Origin: Candidatus Baldrarchaeum yapensis | GTDB lineage: Archaea > Asgardarchaeota > Baldrarchaeia > Baldrarchaeales > Baldrarchaeaceae | NCBI GenBank assembly: GCA_016840465.1 | Contig: JAEOSH010000013.1 | Span: forward strand, 14,426-46,425 | Length of the DNA: 32,000 nucleotides | Direction: 5' to 3' | In this document: one piece after another, positions 1 to 9,293 of the stretch | How positions within the stretch are numbered: position 1 is the stretch's first letter | How the letters are laid out: each line of letters starts with the position of its first letter | Position numbers and translations under genes: made by a program | Notes under the pieces: generated by a model | Seen by the model: only the letters and a program-made list of their open reading frames with translations | What the model was told of the DNA's origin: nothing | The model's database searches: none

Positions 1-255
1 TTCGTAAAGGGTTGCATATCTCTGCAGAAGCTTGACAAAGTAGCCCATATCTCCCATTATTCCCATGCCGGCGATTCCGACCCTCTCCGTGATCTTGAAC
101 ACCTTCTTCATGTACCCTTGGACGTAGTTTCTGTATGCTGCCTTCCTATCCGCGGCGAGAATAACACCGCCCTTCACCGCAATGCCGACTACGGTTCCAC
201 CTATGAAGAGGTCGAGCAGGTCTATTTGGTCCGTGTGTGAGCGCGTGTCCCACAT
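1..255 (-). CDS. psmB: Proteasome beta subunit, N-terminal part (runs off the window edge); likely non-catalytic paralog
   Basis: Manual translation (not in ORF track): MWDTRSHTDQIDLLDLFIGGTVVGIAVKGGVILAADRKAAYRNYVQGYMKKVFKITERVGIAGMGIMGDMGYFVKLLQRYATLYE. Matches the Ntn-fold beta-subunit pattern (VGI...VILAADR...KKVFKI). GGAGGGGGAG SD upstream. Confidence 0.9.
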   Translation of the reverse strand, partial: MWDTRSHTDQIDLLDLFIGGTVVGIAVKGGVILAADRKAAYRNYVQGYMKKVFKITERVGIAGMGIMGDMGYFVKLLQRYATLYE

Positions 256-346
256 GGTCCACTCCCCCTCCCAGACTCCGGAGATCCCGTATATAAAACA
301 TTTGATTCTCCCATCAGACCGCGTATTCAACCACCAACAGGAAATA

Positions 347-1570
347 TCACTGTTCCTCCACCCTTATCGCCCTACGGAATAACGTCTTGAACATGAGCAC
401 GTTCGCGCCCTGCCATCCGACGGTCTTCTTCCTCAGACCCGGGGGGACGACTATGCGCAGAGTTCCCTCCCGCTCCTCCACATCTATCGGCCTGAAGTCC
501 AAGATTCTCTCGAGAACCCACTCCACGTCACTCAGCTTTATCTGGGGGATCCTATTTCTGCAATCATTTGGGCAGTTCACGCAGAAATTGGACATCCAGC
601 ACACGTTTGCGCATGTCACGTTTGCAGTATACGCATTTGCGCAGCATGCAGACTTGTATGCCAACAGTCCGACCTCCTGTGAAACCTTGAGCGCCCTTCG
701 CTTGAGGTCCTCACCCCTTATGTAAACCTGCCTCCGCTCCACCCTTCCCACCCTCATCCTTATCTGCTTCATGTCTATGCCGGACGCGTACATTCTCTCT
801 ATGATCTTCTGAGAGACTCTCAGCGTGCCGATTATGACGCCCTCGGCACCAGCGTCCTTTGCCCTCCCGAGTATTTCCTCGAACTCTTGATCCGTCACTC
901 CCGGAATTATTGGTCTCAGGAACAAGAACGGTTTTAACCCGGCATCCCTCAAATTAGAAATCGATTCAAACCTCTTGTCCGGCGAAGGGGCATGTTTTTC
1001 CAGATTTCTCGCATGTTTTATCGTCACTATCGTGATTAGTGGACAGATTGGTGTTCCATCGGCAACGTCAACGATCCTGTCCGCGAGGTCTCTGCTTATG
1101 TACGACTTCGTCGAGAACTGTATGGGGTTCCCGAGATACTTCGAAAACGCCCTGATGTACTCTAGTGTCCTCTCGGCAACCTTCGGGTGGAAGGGCTCGG
1201 TTATGCTACCTATCGCTATGAACGTTCCGTACCTGCCCGGGACGAACCAAGGGTTCTCCAACAGGGCAAGAGTAACCTCCTCTCCGCTCAGTTCATAGGG
1301 AGATGTTCTGTCGAGGGGCTCTCCCATCTCGGCTATGTAGCAGTAAAGACATCCATATGCGCAACCGTGCGCAGTGTGAATTGTTATGCCACACGGGCGC
1401 GGAGGCCTGCGTGCATGCCCGTCATTCACCGCCTTCTTTACACTTTTCCTACCGAGGTTTCTGCGCAGTTCCTTCACCAACTCCGCCTTTAAATGGAGCA
1501 TCGCAATAGGGTTTATTACTTCCGTCTTCACAATTCCTCCCTCGTACGAGTCGCGTGACGAAATTTCCAT
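347..1570 (-). CDS. Radical SAM protein (SplB/photolyase-like archaeal family) with Cys-rich C-terminus
   Basis: CxxxCxxC motif (GCAYGCLYCY), SITEPF and FSTKS core motifs, RPIIPG motif. Exact start codon uncertain. Confidence 0.8.
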   Translation of the reverse strand: MEISSRDSYEGGIVKTEVINPIAMLHLKAELVKELRRNLGRKSVKKAVNDGHARRPPRPCGITIHTAHGCAYGCLYCYIAEMGEPLDRTSPYELSGEEVTLALLENPWFVPGRYGTFIAIGSITEPFHPKVAERTLEYIRAFSKYLGNPIQFSTKSYISRDLADRIVDVADGTPICPLITIVTIKHARNLEKHAPSPDKRFESISNLRDAGLKPFLFLRPIIPGVTDQEFEEILGRAKDAGAEGVIIGTLRVSQKIIERMYASGIDMKQIRMRVGRVERRQVYIRGEDLKRRALKVSQEVGLLAYKSACCANAYTANVTCANVCWMSNFCVNCPNDCRNRIPQIKLSDVEWVLERILDFRPIDVEEREGTLRIVVPPGLRKKTVGWQGANVLMFKTLFRRAIRVEEQ

Positions 1571-1815
1571 CTAGGAATCTCCTTGCCTGTTAACATACTG
1601 CAGTTATCACACTGCCACTTTTAGTCTATCCATTGCATCACTATACTTCTCCATCCTCGAAGTCCGGGGAAAACTTACAATCGACAAAAATTTTATGAAT
1701 ATGGCGAAAAACCCGCAAATGCAACTTTATATTTGGTCGCATTCTACGGATTTGAGGTATTTCTTCATCGGATCCTGCCTTAAAACACCCGTAGAGGTTT
1801 CAAACCTTGGTGAAC

Positions 1816-2430
1816 TCAAAGTTCCGCCTCAAGGCGCTCTAGAAGTGTCCGTTGTGCAAGTTCTCTGTTTTTCAAGCTCACATACAGCGGGACTTGCGGA
1901 AGGGGGAGTTTTCTTCCGATAATTACGCTCTTTAGCGCCTTTGAAAGCATTTCTATTCTTTTGATAGAGTCATCAGTTAGCATCGACGTTGATAGTATTT
2001 GCATGCTTGTCTTCCGCTTCATGAGCGAGATAACCTCCATGATCACGACCTCTACTGGCGTGATTCCCTTGTTGATACCCCGGCACATGGAATGCACGTA
2101 CACGTAGTACGTCTCTCCCATGAAGTCGAATCTTGCGAGGTAGCGGTCCTCCAGCCTCATAGGCTTCTTCTCGACGTAAAAGGGCCAGAGCCTGCATGCC
2201 ATCGGCTTGTCTCCTTGAATGCTGCATATTCTCTTGTCTTGGAATATGCACGCCCCGTTGACCTTCTTAAGATAGTACTTCCCCTTCCTCACGACAACAA
2301 CTTCAGGGCCGTACTTCTCGATTAACCTTTTCGCCTCATGCGGGAGAAGGCGCACCTCGAACTTCCTGCAGCACTCTCCACAGAGGATACAGGACCACGT
2401 TTTCACGAGGCGCCAGGGGAGCAGTGGCAT
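1816..2430 (-). CDS. YkgJ-family CxxCxxCC Fe-S/Zn-chelating protein
   Basis: CILCGECC, C..., CSI...KPMACRLWPF, and terminal C.GI motifs typical of the family. Confidence 0.85.
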   Translation of the reverse strand: MPLLPWRLVKTWSCILCGECCRKFEVRLLPHEAKRLIEKYGPEVVVVRKGKYYLKKVNGACIFQDKRICSIQGDKPMACRLWPFYVEKKPMRLEDRYLARFDFMGETYYVYVHSMCRGINKGITPVEVVIMEVISLMKRKTSMQILSTSMLTDDSIKRIEMLSKALKSVIIGRKLPLPQVPLYVSLKNRELAQRTLLERLEAEL

Positions 2431-2659
2431 TGACCACCACTCCCCGCATAAGTTTCAATTTGGACTCGCTGGTTAAGGATCATACTTCAGGATATAATAG
2501 AACATAATTAGATTTTTGTGATTGGTCGTATGAGAAGGGATCAGCAATTCTTCCGATCCTCATTCTCTATATTTTGACATTAAGCTTTGTTATACTTTTT
2601 CTTTAAACGAACGTTCTCAGGGTTTTAACAAGGTATCGATTTCACCGTGAGCGCATATA

Positions 2660-3157
2660 ATGGTGCCCCTTAAATCAAAATCGTCGTACATAAAAATGGG
2701 GGTAAGTATGGAACCTATCATCTGGGAGGTTTACCTTTGCGATCTTTACGATCTGTTGAGATACGATCGTGGAGAAATATCATGGAACGACGTAAAAAAG
2801 AGGAAAGTAAGATGCCTAGTTGATACCGGAGCCAGTAGAACACTAATCACGAGAAAACACTTGAAAGGACTCTCGTACATTTCACGCGGGAAAAGGGAAA
2901 TTCACGGAATATGTAAAGAGCCTGTTGATGCGAATTTGGTAAGACTTGGGATTGCAATTCGAGTAGATGACGAAATATTAGGTGCCATAGATGACGTATT
3001 TCTGCTCATAGATGAGGAGGAGGGGCGCAGAATAACGGAAGTTCTACAAACCATGGATGCAGAGGCAATACTCGGGCGCACGTCGATGGACGCGCTCGGA
3101 ATACGACCAGAACCTGCAACGAAGAAACCCCAGAGGGCACCAGCGGTGATACTGTGA
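2660..3157 (+). CDS. Clan AA (retropepsin-like) single-domain aspartyl protease
   Basis: LVDTGASRTLI catalytic motif and AILGRTSMDALGI motif. Start may be a downstream ATG. Confidence 0.85.
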   Translation: MVPLKSKSSYIKMGVSMEPIIWEVYLCDLYDLLRYDRGEISWNDVKKRKVRCLVDTGASRTLITRKHLKGLSYISRGKREIHGICKEPVDANLVRLGIAIRVDDEILGAIDDVFLLIDEEEGRRITEVLQTMDAEAILGRTSMDALGIRPEPATKKPQRAPAVIL

Positions 3158-3245
3158 CCATAGACATCCGGCCGCGAAAGAATCAAGATAAGCGGTCATT
3201 TTAAGGATGGTTTATCATTCCCGTCCGATGATGTTTTTATCTCGC

Positions 3246-4664
3246 TCAAAACGGATGAAGTGGAGTGTTTTTCCTGATATTCCCGAGGACTTTTAAGTCC
3301 ACCAAATAAATTCTCTTCTCCTTTAAAATTTCGGCGGCCTCACTACTAACTCCACCTTTATGGAAGATCACGAGCCGGGAGTGTGGGTACTCATCTAAGT
3401 GTTTTTCGAGTTGCTCTATTTTCCTTTTAGGGACATCGGTCCCGAAATAGCATTCACCTAACAGGGTTCTCCCCTCAAAGTCTATTGCTAAGACATCTAT
3501 CTGCCCATATCTGCTCTTACCCATCCCAACGTACTTAAAGGGGCCGAGCACTAATTCTCTTCCGAGTGCGTCCTTAACCCTTATCTGCTTGCCGAGCGCA
3601 CCGAGCGTTTCCCTAACAAGCGCCTCAAACCCTATTGTAGAAACTCTCTTGAAGAGTTCTATGTCCTTAGCCATCTGCGGTGTCGTAGTGAACAACACCC
3701 ATGAGGCGAAGGTTCTGTCCTTCGCAACGTAAAAAACGTTCTTCCTAGATATGAAGACCTTGGATATGAGGTCTCTCTCGATAAGGTCGGAAAGCATCTG
3801 AGGAAGGTCACTTTCACCGATTGTGCTTTCTAGGTCTTCGTACTTCTTCCTGCCGATCGCCAGGTTGTAGATCACGAGTCTTTCCGTGGGGTTCAGGTCT
3901 TCATAGAGTGAGAAAAAGTACTCGGCGAGTGTTCCTTCCGTGAATTCCATTCTTAAGGCCTCATCGAGGTCTCCGTAGAGGGCGTACGCTTTTGTTAGGC
4001 ACTCCACGTAGAACGGAACAAAATCCGCCAGTATGACGATCCTATCCTTCACGTCGTCGGGAATTTTCCATCCGTACTCCCGCTCCATCAGCGATATTAG
4101 CCCTAGGGAGTTGTTGAAGTCCAAGGGTCCGAGGTTCAGTATGAAGTCAAAAGTTCTGGCTAAGATCCTCGCCTTTCGAATTATCTTCCTTATCTCCGCA
4201 AGGCTACTCGAGGTTGCGATTACCGCCGCCCCGCAATCCATAATGCAACCTCTCAGTACCGCCGCGAAGTTCGTGACATTTCCAAATTCCCTCTTCCTTC
4301 CCAGCGTCCTGAAGAGATTCGTAAACTCGTCCAGAACGATGACGTTCACGCCACGTTCCGAAACTTCCCTAAAGAAGTTCTCAAGTGCTGTTTTGTTATC
4401 CAGTCGTCCGACATCTACATCTTTCAGGCATAATTCCTCTGCCATCTGTCTCAGAAGATCTGATCCCCGCGTTACAGTCGAACAATTTATGTATACCCCT
4501 TTGAAACCCTGCCCTTCAACCTCCTCGAGAACTTTTAACGCGAGAACCGACTTCCCTATCCCCCTTCGACCCTTTATCAGGATCTTATCACCCCTCGTGA
4601 TCATCAAGGAGAGTAACTCAAGTTCTCTTTCTCTATTAACAAAATACTTGACCTTCGGTCTCAC
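3246..4664 (-). CDS. Archaeal ATPase (AAA) with winged helix and C-terminal DUF234-like PD-(D/E)xK domain
   Basis: FVNRERE start motif, Walker A GRRGIGKS, Walker B IVLDEF, C-terminal QIDVLA...GEC. Start re-assigned to GTG at 4664 behind a GGGGA SD. Confidence 0.85.
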   Translation of the reverse strand: MRPKVKYFVNRERELELLSLMITRGDKILIKGRRGIGKSVLALKVLEEVEGQGFKGVYINCSTVTRGSDLLRQMAEELCLKDVDVGRLDNKTALENFFREVSERGVNVIVLDEFTNLFRTLGRKREFGNVTNFAAVLRGCIMDCGAAVIATSSSLAEIRKIIRKARILARTFDFILNLGPLDFNNSLGLISLMEREYGWKIPDDVKDRIVILADFVPFYVECLTKAYALYGDLDEALRMEFTEGTLAEYFFSLYEDLNPTERLVIYNLAIGRKKYEDLESTIGESDLPQMLSDLIERDLISKVFISRKNVFYVAKDRTFASWVLFTTTPQMAKDIELFKRVSTIGFEALVRETLGALGKQIRVKDALGRELVLGPFKYVGMGKSRYGQIDVLAIDFEGRTLLGECYFGTDVPKRKIEQLEKHLDEYPHSRLVIFHKGGVSSEAAEILKEKRIYLVDLKVLGNIRKNTPLHPF

Positions 4665-4944
4665 CCTAATATCCCCCTTATTAATTGACCGAGAATAACA
4701 TATCAAATGATAGGTTATAAAATTATAGGTTATCATATCATCTGTCATTATCCAACGATAAAGTTGCGGTCTTCGGTCACTTCCCGCGGAAACTCATTGA
4801 TGAAACTCGATTTAGTTTTAGATATCTCCTTTTCTTCCAAGAAAATCTTAGTAAATGGTATTTATGATATTGAAAATTGGTGATGATAGATATTGACGCT
4901 TTTTCAAGGGCGTGTTTTTTTCACCATCACAACCTTTATATCGA

Positions 4945-4966
4945 ATTTTGTTCATATGCACAAAAT
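4945..4966. promoter_or_regulatory. 22-bp palindromic operator ATTTTGTTCATATGCACAAAAT, just downstream of a TTTATA box
   Basis: 10 of 11 pairs complementary. Lies between the TATA-like element (4935-4940) and the GGAGGTG SD of the DUF5320 gene. A related copy is at 7924. Confidence 0.7.
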
Positions 4967-4979
4967 GGAGGTGATACCC

Positions 4980-5285
4980 ATGTGGTGGGGTGGCGGTCGC
5001 GGACGCGGCGGGCACCGATGGAGGTGGATGTTCTACCTTACGGGGCTACCCGGATGGATGAGGTTCGGGTTCTCGCCCGGATGGGTTGGAAGATCACCGA
5101 ACGGGCTGCCTCCCTACTTAGCGGGTCGGATGTTTGGATTTCCACAGGTACCATTCCAGCAAATGCAGATGCAGGGCCTTTCTAAGGAGCAGATGAGGGA
5201 GTTTCTCAAGCAACAGCGCGAGATTCTGCGCGCCCAGCTGAGGGAGATAGAGCGCAGGTTGAAGGAGTTGGAAGAGAGCGAGTGA
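4980..5285 (+). CDS. DUF5320-family Gly/Arg-rich protein with C-terminal coiled coil
   Basis: GGGRGRGGHRWRWMFYLTGLPGWMR signature and EFLKQQREILRAQLREIERRLKEL coiled coil. ATG at 4980 behind GGAGGTG. Confidence 0.8.
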   Translation: MWWGGGRGRGGHRWRWMFYLTGLPGWMRFGFSPGWVGRSPNGLPPYLAGRMFGFPQVPFQQMQMQGLSKEQMREFLKQQREILRAQLREIERRLKELEESE

Positions 5286-5288
5286 TAG

Positions 5289-5684
5289 ATGAAGTACTAC
5301 GTTTCTATTTGCAGTTTGGAGGACAGTGTTAGGAGGTTGCTCGCGCTAGGAGGCCACGTACGTTTCGTGAAGCTTGTCGAGTTTTCGAAATCTGCAAATC
5401 TTCCGCTATCCTCCGCTTTTCAGATTTTTAGGAAACTTCACGAGTTGGGACTCGCGAGGTACGTACCCCGGAAGGGTATAATGCTCACGGAGCACGGTAT
5501 AAGGCTCGGGGTTTCGCTCCTCAAGAAACTTATCCTTACAAAAACGTTCCTAGTGTGTGCACTGGGGCTCGACGAGGAGGCCGCGGAGAGGGAGGCATGC
5601 ACCTTAGAACATTATATAAATGAGCACGTCCTTACAAGGATAATAGAGTTCCTGAGGAACCACCATCTTCGGCAGATTGCGTGA
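5289..5684 (+). CDS. DtxR/MntR-family metal-dependent transcriptional regulator
   Basis: wHTH (KLHELGLARYVPRKGIMLTEHG) plus dimerisation helix EREACTLEH. Confidence 0.85.
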   Translation: MKYYVSICSLEDSVRRLLALGGHVRFVKLVEFSKSANLPLSSAFQIFRKLHELGLARYVPRKGIMLTEHGIRLGVSLLKKLILTKTFLVCALGLDEEAAEREACTLEHYINEHVLTRIIEFLRNHHLRQIA

Positions 5685-5725
5685 CACGGATCATTTTAAC
5701 GACAATTACAATGGGAGGTTTGCCG

Positions 5726-6151
5726 ATGCCGCAGCACAGGCACAGATGGGGATGGAGAAGACGCGGCGAAATGCCGGAGGCTAGGGGCCCAGGGAGACCT
5801 CCAAAGCCGAGAGTTATCACCGCGCTCCCCACTGTTGCAAAGTTCTCACCCACTCTTCAGGAGAACGTTCCGGTCCAGCCAAAACCGCCCATTTTCCTGT
5901 CATATGATGAGTACGAGGCCCTCAGGTTGATAGATTACGAGGGCTTGACTCAAGAGGAAGCGGGGGAGAGAATGGGCGTGTCCAGGGGGACAATATGGCG
6001 CCTTATAAAGAGCGCCCGCAAGAAGGTGTCCTCCGCGCTGATAGAAGGGCGAGAACTGGTGATCGTTCCACAGGCCCCCATAATCCTAGAGGAGAAGTGT
6101 GAGAAGGAGGAAGTGCGTGAAGAGGTGAAGGAAGAGATAATACGCGGCTAA
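5726..6151 (+). CDS. DUF134 (UPF0251) HTH protein
   Basis: GRPPKPRVI...LSYDEYEALRLIDYEGLTQEEAGERMGVSRGTIWRLIKSARKKV signature. ATG 5726 behind GGAGGT. Confidence 0.9.
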   Translation: MPQHRHRWGWRRRGEMPEARGPGRPPKPRVITALPTVAKFSPTLQENVPVQPKPPIFLSYDEYEALRLIDYEGLTQEEAGERMGVSRGTIWRLIKSARKKVSSALIEGRELVIVPQAPIILEEKCEKEEVREEVKEEIIRG

Positions 6152-6156
6152 TAGCG

Positions 6157-6756
6157 TCATACGGATACTAAGGTTTTTAGTTCCTCGAGTGATCTTATTA
6201 CCGGGGCTGAAACCTCCTCTTCCCGGCTCTCGCTCCTCCTGATTATGAACACCCGGCAACCAATCTCCCTTCCGGCTCTTGCGTCGTTCTCCCTGTCTCC
6301 GACGAATACCGCCTCCGAGGGCTCCACTTCCAGCATCTCGAGAACTCTTTGTAGCTGTACTTCTCTGAAAATAGAGTACTCGCGCGTGACGACGTTCTCC
6401 TCTCCGAAGAACTCTCCGAGTTGTGACATTGATAGGATTCTTCTGACGACCTTCCGCCCTTGAAGTGTAACGAGTGCAAGTTTTGCGCCTTTCCTGTCAA
6501 AATGCCTCAATACACCTATGGTATCGGGAAAGATCCTGACATTCTCCACCGCTCTCAACTCTTCCTCGTCCAATATGCTTAAGACTCTCCTGTACATCTC
6601 AATGTTTCCCTCCCTCAAGAGTCCTACCAAGGTTCCGAAAATTGACGTTACATGCCGCCCCAACTCCTTCGAGAGGCGTATCTTCAGCAGGGAATAATTA
6701 ACCGGCAACGCAAGCAACGTGCCGTCCATGTCGAAGATGAGTGCCTTCACTTTCAC
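6157..6756 (-). CDS. HAD-superfamily hydrolase (phosphoglycolate-phosphatase-like)
   Basis: Motif I FDMDGTL, motif II LVT, motif IV FVGDRENDARAG. Start re-assigned to a GTG near 6756. Confidence 0.85.
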   Translation of the reverse strand: MKVKALIFDMDGTLLALPVNYSLLKIRLSKELGRHVTSIFGTLVGLLREGNIEMYRRVLSILDEEELRAVENVRIFPDTIGVLRHFDRKGAKLALVTLQGRKVVRRILSMSQLGEFFGEENVVTREYSIFREVQLQRVLEMLEVEPSEAVFVGDRENDARAGREIGCRVFIIRRSESREEEVSAPVIRSLEELKTLVSV

Positions 6757-6965
6757 TTCCACTTCCTCTCCTTTCCGAATGTTCAGGTTAAAGATGAGGA
6801 CGAAATTATAAAATTTAGTGGGCAACCGCGAAGGCAAGGGTGTTTATAAAATTTGTTCGGAGAAAATAGAAATGAGATGTACAATGGGATTTTTGAAAGT
6901 GAAAGCACTTATATGGAACACATTTAAACTGGGATCGCGTCTTAGAGTTCGGTGCGGTGCGTACA

Positions 6966-7751
6966 ATGAGGACCTTTTATCGCCATGTGCTTAACATAAT
7001 AGGCATACTGACCGTCGTATGGGTACTGTTGTTCCTGATAGTGCTGATACCCGTAAAGATTCTTGTCGTACCAATATCTGTTCCGAGAGACGTGCCCCAT
7101 GCGGCATTGATCGAAGCTCTGCTCCAGTTAGCGCTCACCGGAGTTTTCGGGATAATATGGCTCGTAATATGGTACTTCCTCATAAGGTGGTACTTCAACT
7201 ACTCTCTCAGAAAACAGTACGGGAATATGCGGTCTCAAACCACCAACGGGGGTTCGGCGCAGAACTACAGCGAAATAGTATACAGACCCATCGGGATCAT
7301 CCACACCCCCTTCAAGGAACCGCGTGGGGTTCCGATACAGCCAAAGTATGCTAAGGGCATCAGGGGGACAGTTGAAGTATTCCCCGAATATGCGGAGGGC
7401 CTCCAAGACATTGAGGGCTTTTCCCACATAATTCTGATCTACCACTTCCACCTTGCGAAGAGGAAATCCCTTAAGGTAGTTCCGTTTCTTGATACAAAGC
7501 CACGTGGGATATTTGCGACGCGCGCACCTAGACGTCCTAACCCTATTGGAGTATCCGTAGTACGCCTTCTCAAGGTCGAGGGCAATATTCTCCATGTGGA
7601 AAACGTCGATATAGTGGACGGAACACCACTCCTCGATATAAAACCGTATGTCCCTGAATTTGACGCGGCGGAGAATGTGAGGATAGGATGGCTGGAGGAA
7701 AGAGTGAAGCGTGGACGCCTCGCGAGAGACGACGGTAGGTTCATGAGGTGA
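6966..7751 (+). CDS. trmO: tRNA m6t6A37 methyltransferase TrmO/TsaA with N-terminal two-TM extension
   Basis: From IVYRPIGII onward a canonical TsaA domain (GLQDIEGFSHI, GIFATRAPRRPNPIG, DGTPLLDIKPY). The first ~85 aa contain two hydrophobic helices in the same frame with no stop. Confidence 0.9.
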   Translation: MRTFYRHVLNIIGILTVVWVLLFLIVLIPVKILVVPISVPRDVPHAALIEALLQLALTGVFGIIWLVIWYFLIRWYFNYSLRKQYGNMRSQTTNGGSAQNYSEIVYRPIGIIHTPFKEPRGVPIQPKYAKGIRGTVEVFPEYAEGLQDIEGFSHIILIYHFHLAKRKSLKVVPFLDTKPRGIFATRAPRRPNPIGVSVVRLLKVEGNILHVENVDIVDGTPLLDIKPYVPEFDAAENVRIGWLEERVKRGRLARDDGRFMR

Positions 7752-7923
7752 CGATAATAAACGATAGTGTGGTACATTTTAGGGGTATTTACCTAGTTCT
7801 GGCAGATTTGCAGATTATCGAGCGGATGTCTTTTGCATCGATGTAATAGGGGGATGCCATACGCTCCGGTCGCGAAAACATCGGTGGTATGCCGTCACCG
7901 TCCCGATCAGATACTCTTTTAAA

Positions 7924-7941
7924 ATTGTGCATAGACACAAT
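7924..7941. promoter_or_regulatory. Second copy of the operator, ATTGTGCATAGACACAAT, downstream of TTTAAA
   Basis: Imperfect palindrome sharing the TTGTGCATA half-site with 4945-4966. Same position relative to TATA and SD (GGAGGTG) of the NifX-like gene. Confidence 0.6.
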
Positions 7942-7964
7942 ATCGTGCACGGGAGGTGCTACTA

Positions 7965-8378
7965 ATGCCACGGATACTAATACCCACGGAGGCACCCGGC
8001 GGTCTTGATGCTCCGGTTTCTCAGCACTTTGGCAGAGCGGAAACTTTTACAATCGTGGATGTGGAAGATGGAAAAATAGTGCATGTTGAGGTTGTGGATA
8101 ACAGGGGAATGCACTTCGGCGGAGGCGGACGTGCCGTACAGGTGGCACTTTCAGTGGGCGCCGATATCGTCATAAGCAGGGGGCTCGGAATCCGCGCCCT
8201 CTTCTTTCTGAAGAACATGGGGATAACAGTATTAACCGGAAACTTCAATACGGTTAGGGAGGCAATCTCCGCCTACCTCAGGGGTGACCTCAGGTCCATG
8301 GAGGAAGAAGATGTCTGTATGGGTGGCCATCACCGGTCAGGTTTTTGTGATAGAGGATTCCCTCCGTTTCCATATTAA
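7965..8378 (+). CDS. NifB/NifX-family (FeMo-co biosynthesis-like) protein
   Basis: VSQHFGRAETFTIVD, GADIVISRGLGIRA, AISAYLRG motifs; C-terminal CMGGHH. Confidence 0.88.
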   Translation: MPRILIPTEAPGGLDAPVSQHFGRAETFTIVDVEDGKIVHVEVVDNRGMHFGGGGRAVQVALSVGADIVISRGLGIRALFFLKNMGITVLTGNFNTVREAISAYLRGDLRSMEEEDVCMGGHHRSGFCDRGFPPFPY

Positions 8379-8393
8379 AAGTCGAAGGGGGTT

Positions 8394-9293
8394 GTGAAAA
8401 CGGCGGAGAAACCGAATAAGGAACAGGTTGGGAGCGCCGCGCCGGAAAAAGCGCATCCTAAGATAAAGTACGTTAAGGGGCGAATTATCGTCGAGAATGA
8501 GAAAATAATGAAGAACATGGAGAGGATAAAGCACCCCATTGCGATAATGTCCGGAAAGGGCGGGGTCGGGAAGACCACGGTCGCCGTGAATCTCGCAATA
8601 GCGCTTGCGTGGAGGGGTTATGTTACTGGAATTCTGGATGCCGATATTCACGGGCCCGATGTTCCAAAGATGATGGGGCTCGAGGGACAGAGACCGGTCG
8701 CGGTTCCGAACGGAATACTCCCAGTTTTCGGGCCACTTAACATAAAGGTAATGTCCATGGAGTTCCTCCTGGAAAAGCCCGACGTGCCAATAATATGGCG
8801 TGGACCACTGAAGATGCGCGCAATCGAGCAGTTCCTATCCGATGTTATCTGGGGCGACTTGGATTTCCTAATAATAGACCTGCCGCCGGGAACCGGTGAC
8901 GAACCCCTTTCTATAATGCAACTCATACCTAACCTCGAGGGCGTGATCATAGTGACCACCCCTCAGGAGGTCGCCCTCCTCGACGTGAGCAAGGCGATAA
9001 TGATGGCAAAGCGCCTGAACGTCCGAGTGCTGGGTGTCATAGAGAACATGGCCGGTTTCGTGTGCCCTCATTGTGGAAAGAAGACTAACATATTCGGTTA
9101 CGGTGGGGGAGAAAATGCAGCAAAGGAGTACAACATACCGTTCCTCGGAAGACTGCCCTTAGATCCACGGATAATGTCGGTATCGGATAGGGGGCGCCCG
9201 TTCATAATAGAGAACCCGGATAGTGAGGCCTCGAAGGCGTTCATGGAGATTGTTAAGAACATAGAAAAAGAAGTGGGCGAACTATCGCAGTGA
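8394..9293 (+). CDS. mrp: Mrp/NBP35/ApbC Fe-S cluster carrier ATPase
   Basis: SGKGGVGKT deviant Walker [33 protein letters not shown]. Confidence 0.93.
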   Translation: MKTAEKPNKEQVGSAAPEKAHPKIKYVKGRIIVENEKIMKNMERIKHPIAIMSGKGGVGKTTVAVNLAIALAWRGYVTGILDADIHGPDVPKMMGLEGQRPVAVPNGILPVFGPLNIKVMSMEFLLEKPDVPIIWRGPLKMRAIEQFLSDVIWGDLDFLIIDLPPGTGDEPLSIMQLIPNLEGVIIVTTPQEVALLDVSKAIMMAKRLNVRVLGVIENMAGFVCPHCGKKTNIFGYGGGENAAKEYNIPFLGRLPLDPRIMSVSDRGRPFIIENPDSEASKAFMEIVKNIEKEVGELSQ

